From: Eledone cirrhosa | Taxonomy: Eukaryota | DNA: 64,000 bases | Reading direction: 5' to 3' | Assembly: GCA_964016885.1 (NCBI GenBank) | Contig: OZ024761.1 | Span: 15,500,001 to 15,564,000, forward strand | Shown: piece after piece, positions 1 to 14,535 of the stretch | Numbering within the stretch: position 1 is the first letter of the stretch | Layout: every line of letters starts with the position of its first letter | Translations under genes and position numbers: made by a program | Notes under the pieces: generated by a model | The model's input: only the letters and a program-made list of their open reading frames with translations | Told to the model about the DNA's origin: nothing | The model's database searches: none

Positions 1-724
1 AGCTGGTAGCGGTGCTGGTGGTAGTGGTACTAAGATTGGTGATGGTAGAGGTGGTGGTGGTGGTAGTGGTGATGGTGTTGATGTTGATGATAAACCCTGT
101 TAGTACAGCTGGTAGCTGTGCTGGTGGTGGTGGTGGTGGTGGTGGTGGTGGTGGTGGTGGTGGTGGTACTAAGATTGGTGATGCTGTTGGTGATTGTGTT
201 GTTGGCGGCGGTGGTGGTGTAGCTGGTAAGCTGTGCTGGTGGTAGTGGTACTAAGATTGGTGATTGTGGTGGTGGTGGTGGCGGCGGTGGTGTTGGCGGT
301 GGTAGTGGTGCTGTTGCTGGTGTTGGTGATGATAAACCCTGTTGGTACAGCTGGTGGTTGTGCTGGTGGTAGTGCTACTAAGATTGGTGATGCTGTTGGT
401 GATTGTGTTGTTGGTGGTGGTAGCGGTGGTGTTGGTGGTGGTGGTGGAATTGGCGGTGTTGGAGGTGATGGTGGTGGTGGTGGGGTGAGAGCGATAGTAA
501 GGCTGTTGTGGGAGTTAGAGGGGTGGGGTGGGGGCAGAAAGAACGGTAACGTTTAAAAGGCAGCCGACTTCTTGTATAATGAACAAATAATCGGGATTCC
601 TTGACAAACACCATCTCTACTTACGTCGGCTCTTCTGGTAGATATTGACACACATGCGCATGCGTATTATGTGTGTCAACATTCACATTCACATATATAT
701 ATATATATATATATATGTGTATAG

Positions 725-790
<66 letters not shown>

Positions 791-911
791 TGTGATGCAG
801 ACACCCTAGCAGATGTGAAATATATACATTACACACACATATATATATACACACATACATACATGACTATATATATACACATATAAAGCATATGAATGCG
901 TATATCAATGT

Positions 912-951
<40 letters not shown>

Positions 952-1004
952 GAATATATACATATCAAGCATATGAAATGGTATATTTTATCTACATATA
1001 ATTT

Positions 1005-1051
<47 letters not shown>

Positions 1052-1110
1052 TAATTTATATATATATATATTATATATATATACATATATATATTATATA
1101 TATATACATA

Positions 1111-1183
<73 letters not shown>

Positions 1184-1191
1184 ATATATAT

Positions 1192-1225
<34 letters not shown>

Positions 1226-1654
1226 ATATATATTATATATATATATATATTATATATATATATATTATATATATATATATTATATATATATATATTATAT
1301 ATATATATATTATATATATATATTATATATATATATATATTATATATATATTTATATATATATATAATTTATATATATATATATATATTATATATATAAT
1401 ATATAATTTATATATATATATATATTATATATATAGTATATAATTTATATATATATATATATAATTTATATATATATATATAATATATAATTTATATATA
1501 TATTTTATATAATTTATATATATATATATATATAATTTATATATATATATATATAATTTATATATATATATATAATTTATATATATACATATATATATAT
1601 ATTTAAAATCTCAAATCACGGTTTCCTGTTTATTACTTGACATGTCAACAAACA

Positions 1655-1689
<35 letters not shown>

Positions 1690-1905
1690 ACCCCACCACC
1701 ACCCACCACTAACCATCAAATCCTCAACATCTGGCCCTTACACTGGGTAATTATATATGTATATATGTGTGTGTGTGTGTAGAAGAGAAAGAGTCCGATA
1801 TAGTATAATGACAGTGACAGGGCGGTGATTCGAACCGGAAACCGTTGTTTCTATGACGACTTACAGCTTTATACTTTTTATTAATCAACAAATGCCTGAA
1901 ATAAT

Positions 1906-2089
1906 TGTTTCTACTTTAGGCACAAGGCCAGCAATTACCCAGAGCATTACTGGTACTTTATTTTATCGACCCCGTAAGGATGAAAGGCAAAGTTAACCTC
2001 GGCGGGATTTGAACTGAGAATGGTAAGGGCCGTAACTCTATACGTCAAAGCATGGCATCCGACCCTCTACCGATACTGCCAATCCACCG
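1906..2089 (-). mobile_element. tRNA-derived SINE family A, full length
   Basis: Matches the family consensus (A-box-like TGGCAGTATCGG, B-box GTTCAAATCC, body ctttcatccttacggggtcgataaaataaagtacc). TSD caaatgcctgaaataat at 1889-1905 and 2090-2106. Confidence 0.85.
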
Positions 2090-2166
2090 CAAATGCCTGA
2101 AATAATATATATATATGAGATGCAACCGGTACTATCAGTGAAATCCATGTTAGTCTCGTCAACTTA

Positions 2167-2219
<53 letters not shown>

Positions 2220-2497
2220 CATACACACACATATATATATATATATGAATGTATGTCTAGTATATTTGGCAATATACCGTATGTATAATTAAAAACATTT
2301 TGAAGACCTTGCGCTATCATTTTTAAAGTAGTGGCTATGTCACTTCTTTTATTGTTCGGCAAAAGAAGGGAGAGAAGCCAACATAGTCTGTTGGTGTTCA
2401 TCAGAGCAACGTAAATCATAGAAGTTGGATTCTTATAGAATTCCAGTAATAATCAGGAGCTGATTATATATATATATATATATAGGTATTAGGATTG

Positions 2498-2574
<77 letters not shown>

Positions 2575-3346
2575 GTATGTATATATATATAAATGTATAT
2601 ATATACACACAGATATATACATATATATACTAAAAAAACTCATTGTTAGAACAGCCGTTAAAACAGTTAAATTCTGATAAAGACAGTGATGGGCAAAAAT
2701 GTCTCAGGGGACAGACACCAGCGGCTAGTGGTCAACAGAGGGACAATTCACAAGGTGGGTGACAGACAGATAAAATATAGAAAAGATTGAAAGAGGAGGA
2801 GGACAAGGAAAAGTGTGATGATACATAGAAGTGACTGGAAGAAGGAAATAAAGAAAGGTGATGTACAAGACAAGTTTACACACTCATATCTCTATCCTCA
2901 TCAGCTCTCAAACCAGCAAAATGGTTTCGCACGATTTTTTACGGCATGAAATGGAGACGACTGCAATATATTTTTTCGAACAGACACCTCTGCTTAAAGA
3001 CATTATATAACCAAAATTTGCAGTATTTCACTTAAGATTTGAATTTTTGACGGGAGGAAATCATAGTTATCTTTTGTCTTTTCAAGAGTCTTGCTAATGC
3101 TGCTTCATACAGTACAGGACATGAGGAGTTGATTATTGTAAATTTACTGTGATATGGTGGATAATCATAGAGTTAATTATAGTTATGTAGATAATTATAG
3201 TTAAGTAGTTAAATAGAGTGGTTTAATTGTGAGATAAACGGACTAATAATATTTGGTAAACAAAGTAACTTACGTAAAAAAATAGACTTCATAAGTGTGT
3301 GTATATATATATATGTGTGTCTGTGTATAGACACACAAACAATATA

Positions 3347-3427
<81 letters not shown>

Positions 3428-3491
3428 TATATGTGTGTATGTATATACGTATTGCTCGATGTGCTGGAAGGCACGAAAGAACCTAAGACTA

Positions 3492-3602
<111 letters not shown>

Positions 3603-3829
3603 AATGGTTTTATAAAAATATTTTCCATTTATTAATATTATTGATATATATATACAGAGATATATATATATATATTCATACATGGTGGCTGCCAACTCGT
3701 TTTCGAGTACGGCCACTACTTTATATCCATGTAGGAGAACCCCTACCGATGCGGTGAAAGAGTGTGACTTTTTAGTCCAGCCCGCGACTTGAAAACTCTG
3801 GTACAAACACTACACTTGTGATAATTATT

Positions 3830-4291
3830 GACACATAGTGTTGGGCCCATGGTACCATGTGACAACAAGTGCAGAGAGATCTCCAGATATAAAACAATGC
3901 CTGTGCCGTGAAGCTTTTATAGTGAGCAAAGGCACTGCACAAAGCCAGTCCCACTCTCTTAACCAAGATGATATTTACCAAAAAGAAGAACAAGTCAACA
4001 TCATTGGATACCATCAGGGTTGCTGGTGTTATATCAGAGTTTTCCTTCTCCTAGAATTCTGCCTTGACAAAGGCTAAGGAGTCATCTCTCCCGGTGATTT
4101 TGGATGGCCATTGACTCTTAAGAGCTCCTTTGCCCTTTGACAGGTTTTGTTTTTAGTCCTGCAGGATGTCCAAAGTCACCCTCCTCACCAAGAAACCTTG
4201 GTGGGGTTGCCAGTTTAGTCGCCAACGACCCGACCATGAGACAGGTTGTACTGGGATACATGTTACCAGTAGCACCAACTGGTGACCTGAC
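3830..4291 (-). mobile_element. Probable 5' UTR fragment of an RTE-like LINE
   Basis: GC-richer island in (TA)n; the minus strand contains ctaggagaaggaaaactctgat, a motif I recall from RTE-like 5' UTRs. Confidence 0.4.
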
Positions 4292-4485
4292 ATATAGTAT
4301 ATAGACATGTATGTATATAGACACATATATACATATACACACACATATATATATATACATATATATACATATACACACACATATATATATATACATATAC
4401 ATACATATATATATATACATACATACATATATATATATACATACATATATATATATACATACATATATATATACATACATACATA

Positions 4486-4517
<32 letters not shown>

Positions 4518-4546
4518 CATATATATATATATACATATATATAAAC

Positions 4547-4607
<61 letters not shown>

Positions 4608-5363
4608 CACATATATAATATATATATACATATATACACATACATATATATATATACACATATACATATATATATATACATAAATACACATACATATATA
4701 TATATATACACATATACATATATATATATATACACATATACATATATATATATACATAAATATACATACATATATATATATACATATATATACACATACA
4801 TATATATATATACACATATATATATATATATACATATATACACATACATATATATATACGCACATATATATATATACATATATACACATACATATATATA
4901 TATACACATATATATATATATACACATATATATATATATACATATTTACAGACACACACACACACACACACACATGTACAGCCACCTCCCCACCCACCTT
5001 TCCTAACGTGACCTAACAGCGGTCGTCTGCTTCACCTATGACATTTTCAAAATAATTAGACAACGTCCCCCAAACCTGTCCAGCTAGACTGGGTATGCTG
5101 GGGCTGGGCTTCGTGACAATATGTGAGGTACAGGTGGTGGTGGTGTTGGGATGGTGGTGGTAGTAGTGGTGGTGGTGGAGATGTTGGGATGGTGGTGGTG
5201 GAGATGTTGGGATGGTGGTGGTGGTGCTGGAGATGTTGGGATGGTGGTTGGTGGTGGAGATGTTGGGATGGTGATAGTGGTAGGGATAGAGATGTTGGGA
5301 TGGTGGTAATGATGGTGGTGATTGTAGTGGTATTGACATGGTGATGGTGTCTCTCTCTCCCTG

Positions 5364-5838
5364 CCAACCAAACATCCAACCCACCAACCAACCATCCAAC
5401 CATCCAAACATCCAACCCACCAACCAGCCAGCCATCCAACCCATCATCCAACCATCCAACCCACCAACCAGCCATCCAACCAACCATCCAACCCACCATC
5501 CAACCATCCAACCGACCAACCCACCAAACATCCAACCCACCAACCAGCCATCCAGCCAACCCACCAAACATCCAACCCACCAGCCATCCAACCATCCAAC
5601 CCACCAACCAGCCATCCCGCCAACCCACCAAACATCCGACCCACCAGCCATCCAACCCACCAACCAGCCATCCAGCCAACCCACCAAACATCCAACCCAC
5701 CAAACATCCAACCATCCAACCTACCAACCAGCCATCCAACCCACGAGCCAGCCATCCAACCAACCAACCCACCAAACATCCAACCCACCAACCAGCCATC
5801 CAACCGACCAACCCACCAACCAACCATCCAACCACCCA
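5364..5838. repeat. Complex (CCAA/CCAT/CCAG) tetranucleotide repeat
   Basis: Direct reading. Confidence 0.9.
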
Positions 5839-6078
5839 TTCAGCTATCGTCAGCTATAAAATGGTGGCTATTTTAATTGGTGTTGACATCCGTGGCTAAG
5901 TTATTTCATATATAGGAAAGAGAATACTAGGAAACGACCACAACACTGGCTGCCATTGAAATCTGGTCGGTGTCTTATTTCGTTCTTCTTTCCTCTTCAA
6001 CAAACTCCATTCTACTCCGGGAACATCATCTTCCTTTGGGAGTCTTACTGTGTTCTAAACACTACACTACTCCGACAA

Positions 6079-6140
<62 letters not shown>

Positions 6141-6236
6141 ACTTATCTCCACCATCTCTCTCTGTCGAATAAGAAAAAGAAGGAAAAAAAAAGGAAAACG
6201 ACGACGAGCACCAGCACTTCCACCTGCACCACCGCC

Positions 6237-6271
<35 letters not shown>

Positions 6272-6740
6272 ACAGTAGCAATACTCAAAAACTCTCTCTC
6301 TCCCTCTCTCTAGTTCTCTTTCTTTCTCTCGCTTTCTACCCCTCTCCACCATCTCTCTTTATCGAAGAAGGAGGAGGAGGCGAAGACAACAACAACAACG
6401 ACGACGACGGCAACAATACAAATAGTGTAATAATCAAAAACTCACCCAACCCAGCCCATCCCCTCCCGAATCAAAACATGAAACTCCCAGAGGGCAACAA
6501 AAAGGGGAGGACAGGTGGAGGGGAGGAGGCGGAAGGGGAGGGGGGCAACTTGTTGATTTGTTCCCAACGTTTCAAATCTTCTTTCCATCATATTCCCATT
6601 AAACAGCTGAGTGGACAGAAGCAAGGTGGCATGACGTGTCATCTGATCCGGGAATCGAACTCACAACCTTTCGATCGAGATCCCAGCATTATATATATAT
6701 ATATATATTTATATGTGTGTGGGTGAGTGTGCGTGTGTGC

Positions 6741-6809
<69 letters not shown>

Positions 6810-6875
6810 AAAAGAGTCAAGACCCCGACAGCTGAGCTCCGGCCGTTTCGACAGCTAGTATACATACACACATAC

Positions 6876-6907
<32 letters not shown>

Positions 6908-7123
6908 CACTCATATATATATATATATACGTATACACACGCACACAGCTATATATATATATAATATATACACACACATACATATACTATATATATATAT
7001 ATACACACACAATTCATATATATATATATATACTTGACAAATGACAATCAAAGAGTGTTTAATAACAATTACTAACGATCGTTTCATCCAAGAACAAGAC
7101 CGTGATCATCGGAGTATTAATAC

Positions 7124-7166
<43 letters not shown>

Positions 7167-7247
7167 AAAGTTTTATTTAAAATTGTTGGGTTACAACAAG
7201 TAAATATTTTATAACTGATATAAAGCACTCAACAAGTTTTGGAGTAG

Positions 7248-7583
7248 ATATACGATATTAAACAAATGGAAACTATATTTATAAAACCATATTTATTTCA
7301 TTATACATATTTCAGGGATACCATATTAAAAATATGGCATGCCTTCTTCAGATAAAATACAATATATAAGCAGTTTTATAAATAAATTTGACCACCAAAC
7401 CAACTTCGCACATGGAAGTTGATCAATATTTATGGTACGTCAAATTTATTTATAAAACTGCTTATATATTGTATTTTATCTGAAGAAGGCATGCCATATT
7501 TTTAATATGGTATCCCTGAAATATGTATAATGAAATAAATATGGTTTTATAAATATAGTTTCCATTTGTTTAATATCGTATAT
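7248..7583. repeat. Foldback: 145-bp essentially perfect inverted repeat with a 46-bp spacer
   Basis: 7248-7392 is the reverse complement of 7439-7583; each arm contains CTGAAGA-stem-GAAA on one strand. Confidence 0.9.
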
Positions 7584-7733
7584 ATATATATATACAGACA
7601 CGCAGATATAAATATTTACTTCTGTGTCTACAAACTGATTGCTCTCAGTTTCAGATGATTCCGCTTATGGTGAAAATCGAAAATCCATTGCTTAAACTTT
7701 TAACCTGTATTAATAATAAATATTTGCTCTGCG

Positions 7734-7813
<80 letters not shown>

Positions 7814-9390
7814 CGCAAAACCAATTTTTTATCCACATGACCTCTACCGACCAATCAAAATTGTTTTGACCAATAATTTTTGCTGGAGCCACTTTTTTAA
7901 CATTTTAACATAAAAACAGTCTTGGCTCAAAATCAACTTTTTACATTCACATGACCTCTACCGACCAATCAAAATTGTTTTGACCACAAGCATTTTTGCA
8001 ACACAAAAATAACGCTGGAGCCACTTTTTTAACATAAAAACAGGTAGAATTCCCAAAACTAATCAGATCAGAGCAAACAGCACGGACACTCTATCTCAAA
8101 ATTATTTTTGAAAAGCATTTAGAAATGCGCAACCGGTAAAAACTTAAAAACTTAAAACCACAACTGAATACTAACCCATACAATCACTAATACTCTTTTA
8201 TTCCTAATTAAACCATTTTTCAACTGTGAACAATTTGTCAGCATTTTCTATTCCGTTTACCAATATATATATATACATATATACATATATATATACACAC
8301 ACATATATATACACACTCACACACACATACACACTCACACACACATTATATATATATATATATATATACAACCCTTATCGAGTCCTCTTCGGATTTTGAT
8401 CTTTGTGTATGGCTTCTAAGAGAAACAACGCCCAGGGTAGTTTATATAGCACAGGAACAATTGTTGTGAGACGCTACCAGATTCTTAACCGAGCGTTCTC
8501 TATTTAAAACAATCCCCTCCCCCCTCCACCTCTTCTTTCTCATTCAGCTCTCACTCTTCCTCGCGTACCCTTTGTCTTTCTCTCTCGCTCTCTCTCTGTC
8601 TGTCTCTCTCTCTCTCTTTCTCTCATTTTCTCTCCCTATCTATCCATCTCTCTTTCTCTCTCCATCTCACTTAGTCCTTCTCTGCCTATCTATCTATCTC
8701 ATTCTCTCTCTATATATATATCTATCTATCTCAGTCTCTGTCTATCTATCTATCAGTCTCTCTCTATCTATCTATCTATCTCAGTCTCTCTCTCTCTCTC
8801 AGTCTCTGTCTATCTATCTATCTCATTCTCTCTCTATATATATCTATCTATCTCAGTCTCTGTCTATCTATCTATCAGTCTCTCTCTATCTATCTATCTA
8901 TCTATCTCAGTCTCTCTCTCTCTCTCTCTCTCTCAGTCTCTGTCTATCTATCTATCTATCTCATTCTCTCTCTATATATATCTATCTATCTCAGTCTCTT
9001 CTATCTATCTATCAGTCTCTCTCTATCTCTATATATATCTATCTATCTCAGTCTCTCTCTCTCTCTGTCTATCTATCTATCAGTCTCTCTCTATCTATCT
9101 ATCTATCTCAGTCTCTTTCTCTCTCTATCTATCTCTCTCCGTCTAAAGTTAAATTCCTACAAGCGGAACAATTAGATAACAATTGTCGAAAGATTGAAAA
9201 AAAAATAAAATACATAAAAATAAAATTAAAAAATTACGAACGCGATAACTACTACTACTACTACTACTACTACTACAACCAATACTGCTACTACTACCAC
9301 CACTACCACCACTACTACTACTACCACCACTGCTACTACCTTCACCGCCTCTAACTATTACTACCACCACCACAGCTATTGTTTCCCTCC

Positions 9391-9498
9391 ACTTCCGGCT
9401 GTAATTACTAGAAGGTGTAAAGAATAATGAGGCAGAGGATTAGTCACGTCATCACTTCCGTTTGACAGTAAATGAAGCTGGGGAGCAGAGCGGGGGCG
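9391..9498. promoter_or_regulatory. Promoter-like motif cluster (two ETS, one CRE/ATF-like, one GC-box-like)
   Basis: ACTTCCGG 9391-9398, GTCACGTCAT 9443-9452, ACTTCCGT 9454-9461, GGGGGCG near 9492; function not shown. Confidence 0.28.
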
Positions 9499-9513
9499 AT
9501 AGCGTTCCTGGGG

Positions 9514-9566
<53 letters not shown>

Positions 9567-9806
9567 ATACATGTATATATATGTATATATATATATATAT
9601 GCGTGTGTGTATATATATATATATACTCATACACACACATATATATACACATATATATATATACATATATATGTACGTATATACACACATATATATATAT
9701 ATGTATATACGTACATATATATGTATACATATATGTGTGTATATATATATATATATGTGTGTGTGAGTGCGTATACATATACATGTACGTATGTATATGT
9801 GAATGA

Positions 9807-9837
<31 letters not shown>

Positions 9838-10176
9838 CATATATATACGCGTGTGTGTGTGTGCATATATATATAAACACACATATACACACCTTCACAC
9901 ATTTGTGTATAGGGAGCAGCGTTCCTTCAAATGTGTTATTATGTAAGACAGAACTATGTTCACGTTTAATCTTCTATAATTCCTCGGTCTATTAACGTCT
10001 CAACATATTCGCAGATCGTCAGAATTCAAAATGGTGGCACTAATGACATTTTGATCGGCTGCGCTGCAGCTGGTTACAAAGAATCATAGGAGCACTAATG
10101 ATATCTCATATACTGCCATATACCATAGGCGGCGAATTGGCAGAGTCGTTAGAACGTCGGATGGAATGTTTTGTGG

Positions 10177-10358
10177 CAGACATGTTAAACATGCGGCCCT
10201 TTACAAGCACATTTGCGGCCCGCACAAAGACTTTTACAGCGCGAGCATGTTTTATCTTGGTAAAATTAGTTGTAAGTAATGTGCGCGATTAGTTGCCGTG
10301 TGTGGCCCTCAGACAACACATATGTGGCCCTCGGGTGACCCTCAGTTTGACATGCCTG
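10177..10358. mobile_element. hAT-like MITE inserted in an old SINE A copy (10126-10470)
   Basis: TIRs CAGACATGTTAAAC / GTTTGACATGCCTG; degenerate 8-bp TSD ttttgtgg / ctttatgg. Confidence 0.7.
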
Positions 10359-10722
10359 CTTTATGGTATTCGTTCCGTCTCTCTGAGTTTAAACGCCGCT
10401 GAGGTCAACTTTGCCTTTCATCATTTCGAGGTCGAGAAAAAAAAAAGTACCAGTCTAGTACTGGGGTCGATTCTTCCTCTATATCTCTTTCTCATTTCCT
10501 CTCTCTCTCTCTCTCTCACTTTCTGCTGTACTCAGGCCTGGAGAGAGATGGGCTCCATCAAATTTTTAAAATGCCCTAGAAACGTTGTATTAGGGTTTAC
10601 CGGCTACATAGCCTATTCGATTAATACAATTGTTTCTGATTTAGGCACAAGGCCAGCAATTGTTGTTGATGTTGTCCACGGGAGACGCTGGCCATAATCA
10701 ACATCAACATCCGCCCACTAGG

Positions 10723-10910
10723 AGGATTGGCAGTATCGGTAGAAGATCGGACGCCATGCTTTGCAGCATAGAGTTACGGCCCTTTATAGTCTGAGTTCAA
10801 ATCCCGCCGAGGTTCACTTTGCCATTCATCTTTACGGGGAGTCGATAAAATAAAGTACCAGTAATGTACTGGGATAATCGTTGGCCTTGTGCCTAAAGTA
10901 GAAACAATTA
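10723..10910 (+). mobile_element. SINE family A
   Basis: Full consensus from attggcagtatcggtag to gcctaaagtagaaacaatta. Confidence 0.85.
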
Positions 10911-10957
10911 TATATGGAGTCATGTTCCCCGGGATTAAGTTACATTAATCACGATAA

Positions 10958-12170
10958 ACTACTACTACTTTCAATACTACTACTGCTACTACTACCACCA
11001 ATACTACTACTGCTACTACTACCACCAATACTACTACTGCTACTACTACTACTACTACCACCAATACTACTACTGCTACTTCTACTATTACTACTACTAC
11101 CACCAATACTACTACTACCACCACCAATACTACTACTGCTACATTGACAACAACTTCTATAACAACTACTATGGCAACACCGATAACAATAACAGGAAGA
11201 ACAACAACATTAATAACAACCACAACAGTAACAACAACAACAACAACCACAACAGTCAAAACAACAATAACAACAACAGTAACAACAATAACAACCACAA
11301 CAGTAAAAATAACAATAACAACAACAACAACAACAACAATACAAAGAAACGTACACACGACACAATAAAGCCCAAATGTGACGACACGTGACCAGATATG
11401 CCGGTGACGTCAACCATCCGGTAAAGTAGCATGGTAGCATACCATGGATGGATTGTCAGTGTTCTGTGTGAAAATTACTTCTGATGGTATGATGGTTGTG
11501 GTGGTTGTGGTGGTGGTGGTGGTGGTGACGGTAGCGGTGCTGCTGCTGGTGGCTGTGGTGGGGGTAGAGGTATTGGTGGTGGTGGTAGTGCTGGTGATGG
11601 TGATGGTAGTGGTGGTAGAGGTATTGGTGGTGGTGATGGCGATGGTAGTGGTGGTAGTGGTGGTGGTGGTGGTGATGGTGATAGTAGTGGTGGTAGAGGT
11701 ATTGGTGGTGGTGATGGCGATGGTAGTGGTGGTAGTGGTGGTGGTGGTGGTGATGGTGATAGTAGTGGTGGTAGAGGTATTGGTGGTGGTGGTGGTGGTG
11801 GTGATGGTAGAGGTATTGGTGGTGGTGGTAGTGGTGGTAGAGGTATTGGTGGTGGTGGTGGTGGTGGTGATGATGGTAGTTGTGGTAGAGGTATTGGTGG
11901 TGATGATAGTGGTATTGGTGGTGGTGGTGGTAGTGGTGGTAGAGGTATTGGTGGTGGTGGTAGAGGTATTAGTGGTGGTGGTGATGATGGTAGTTGTGGT
12001 AGAGGTATTGGTGGTGATGATAGTGGTATTGGTGGTGGTGGTGGTAGTGGTGGTAGAGGTATTGGTGGTGGTGGTAGAGGTATTAGTGGTGGTGGTGATG
12101 GTAGTGGTGGTAGTGGTGGTGGTGATGGTAGTGGTGGTAGAGGTGGTGATGGCGGCGGTGGTGGTAGTAA
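10958..12170. repeat. Trinucleotide tracts (CTA/CAA)n 10958-11342 and (GGT)n 11490-12170; similar (GGT)n at 1-485 and 5133-5345
   Basis: Direct reading. Confidence 0.9.
11385..11412. promoter_or_regulatory. E-box (CACGTGAC) and full CRE (TGACGTCA) in a short unique island
   Basis: CACGTG 11385-11390 and TGACGTCA 11405-11412; function not shown. Confidence 0.3.
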
Positions 12171-13059
12171 TGTTGATAATGGGACTATAACAACAAGAAG
12201 CCAGTCTATGCAATGGCTGCCATCAAAAGCTACTTTGTTGTCACTCAACACAAAAGATAGGTTGACAATCATTTCAACAATACATCTAGCGTGAATAATT
12301 GTTTCTAGTATAGGCACAAGGCCAGTAATTTGGGGGGAGGGGAAAGTCGATTAAATCGAGACCAGTGCATTACTGGTACTTTATTTTATCGACCTCGTAA
12401 GGATGAAAGGAAAAGTTAAACTCGGAATTTTTTATTACTTTCAAAATTATTTGATAGTCATAGGCAGTCTTTCATTAAAAATATGGAAACAAAAACATCC
12501 AGCCTTTTGATACAAGACCACTGTTTTTAACTGTGTATATTTATCTAAAAGTGAAGGCGTGTGGCTGAGTGGTTAGAGAATTGGATTCGCAATCGTAAGG
12601 TTGTGAGCTCGATTCCTGGACCAGGTGATGCGTTATGTCCTTGAGCAAGACACTTTATTTCACGTTGCCCCTTCTACCTGGAGTTGCGACCGATAGATAG
12701 TATTAGCAATTGGAAAGACCAACGGAAACATTGTTCCCTCGGTCCGATTTGACGAAAGTCGATCGTTCCTTTATTTATCTAAAAGACTCCCACCATAATT
12801 GTTAAATCATGTTCCAAACACCAACTTAATAATGAGAAAGTTTTAATAAGTAAAAAAAAATCATTATTTACTCCATTAAAATTCTTAGTTTTCAAAATCA
12901 TTTGAAACATCACAGGCAGAGTCATTCATTAGAAATATGGTATCGAACGGTTAAGCCTTTTGATACAAAACCGCCTGACTTTCTGTCTAATTCTATGATA
13001 TTCTATTATATTCTATTCTATTCTGTTTGTTTTAAAAGGTTTATATTTATACAATTGTT

Positions 13060-13510
13060 CTTCTTTGCCCACATATTCCTGAGAGGGTCGTTGGGGCAGA
13101 GCCCTCAAACACTCCTTCCAGCGGGTCCTATAAGAAACAACGGTTTCCAACTGATCCGCTGGATCCCCAAGCGAGATCAGCCAAGCTCATGGATGCTATC
13201 CAACTATCTTGCTCTGCTCAGGGACTACCCCTGGGTCTCCTGTCGGTTGGTTTTTGCCCGTAAAATATGTCCAGCGATGTTTTCCTGAGACATTCTAACC
13301 ACATGCCCATATTATTGGAACTGTGATCTCTCAATTCGGAGAAGTAACGGCTCTACCTGGAGTGACTCTCTGATCTCCGAGCTACGCACTATGTCAAGTA
13401 ACATTACTCCAAAGACCCTTTGGAGCAACTCCATTTCGGCCGCTTGTATTCGCGATCATATTCTTTCGGTCATTATCCAAGATTCATGACCATAGGTAAG
13501 GGTTGGTGCG
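13060..13510 (-). mobile_element. RTE-clade LINE 3' fragment (degenerate RT C-terminus)
   Basis: Minus strand encodes PTLTYGHESWIMTERI, then SRIQAAEM..LQRVFGVMLLD, typical of RTE ORF ends. Same family at 17134-17420, 41025-41325 and 44145-44885. Confidence 0.75.
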
Positions 13511-13833
13511 CAGCTCAAATACAATTCTTGATTATTAAAAATATATATTTGAAATTCATGGTTAATGTCTTTTATTAGAAATATTGCAAGGAAATGGTTA
13601 ATAGGAAAGAAAAAATGAACTGTAGGACACGTGTTAATTATATAAATGACTAAAATCGTATCAGGTGTAACACCTTTGACCAAAGGTGTGCTAGATCAAG
13701 GCTGACCTGGTGTTCAAAAAACGACACCAACAACTTAAAAGCCTTGTATGGAATCTCATTTTCTCTATTTTCTCCCTGTCCTCCCTGTCCTGTCACGTAC
13801 GTACGTAGCTCTGTGTCATATCTGACAAAACAG

Positions 13834-13911
13834 GTTTCTAAATACGCCATCTTCATTTTTACCCTATGTTGTCCTCCACCTTGTTCAAACATTAGTCTGT
13901 GTTATTTTCAG
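13834..13911 (+). CDS. Candidate upstream exon of the lectin gene (hydrophobic, signal-peptide-like)
   Basis: CAG at 13831-13833 and AG|GTATAT at 13910-13917. Frame FLNTPSSFLPYVVLHLVQTLVCVIF ends in phase 2, matching exon A. The acceptor is weak and there is no in-frame ATG. Confidence 0.3.
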
Positions 13912-13981
13912 GTATATATAGATATAAAGAAACAACATTGAAGACAAAGTCGTGTCTAATCTAAGTAAAGCCTATATATAC

Positions 13982-14026
<45 letters not shown>

Positions 14027-14163
14027 TATACATATATATACATATATATACATTATACATATATATACATTATACATATATATACATTATACACACACAT
14101 TTCGTTTCTGAATTTGTTTAGCAAGATTCTTTATCTGAAAACGTGTGTTGAAACCGATATTCA

Positions 14164-14535
14164 TATGCTTTGGGAGGGTCATGTTGCCAATAAGAAACAC
14201 ACGCACCAGTTGCTTTCACTCCAATTTATTATAAATTAAATTTATAAATATAAAAATTTATAAATTTCCGGTTGGTTGGTTGGTTCCACAACCGGACACA
14301 CAAAAACAAGATGGAGAGGCACAAAACAAAGAAAAGAATCCCCAGTCACTGAAGAGGTCACAGAATGTGTGACGAAAGAACTTTGACAATATATGAACAA
14401 CCGTCCGGTTGTGGAACCAACCAACCAACCGGAAATTTATAAATTCTTAAATTTATAAATTTAATTTATAATAGATTGGAGTTAAAACAACTGGTGCGTG
14501 TGTTTCTTATTGGCAATATGACCCTCCCAAAGCAT
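14164..14535. repeat. Foldback: ~133-bp inverted arms around a spacer carrying a hammerhead motif
   Basis: 14164-14297 is the near reverse complement of 14403-14535. Confidence 0.85.
14345..14387 (+). ncRNA. Minimal type I hammerhead ribozyme-like motif (Penelope-like element type)
   Basis: GUCA-CUGAAGA-G-GUCACA(GAAUG)UGUGAC-GAAA-GAAC-UU-UGAC: 4-bp helix I, 6-bp helix II, stub helix III. Confidence 0.7.

Noticed and set aside
11410-12317. Mucin-like poly-Thr, poly-Val and poly-Pro ORFs
   Set aside because: Translations of a (GGT)n tract on both strands with no exon context.
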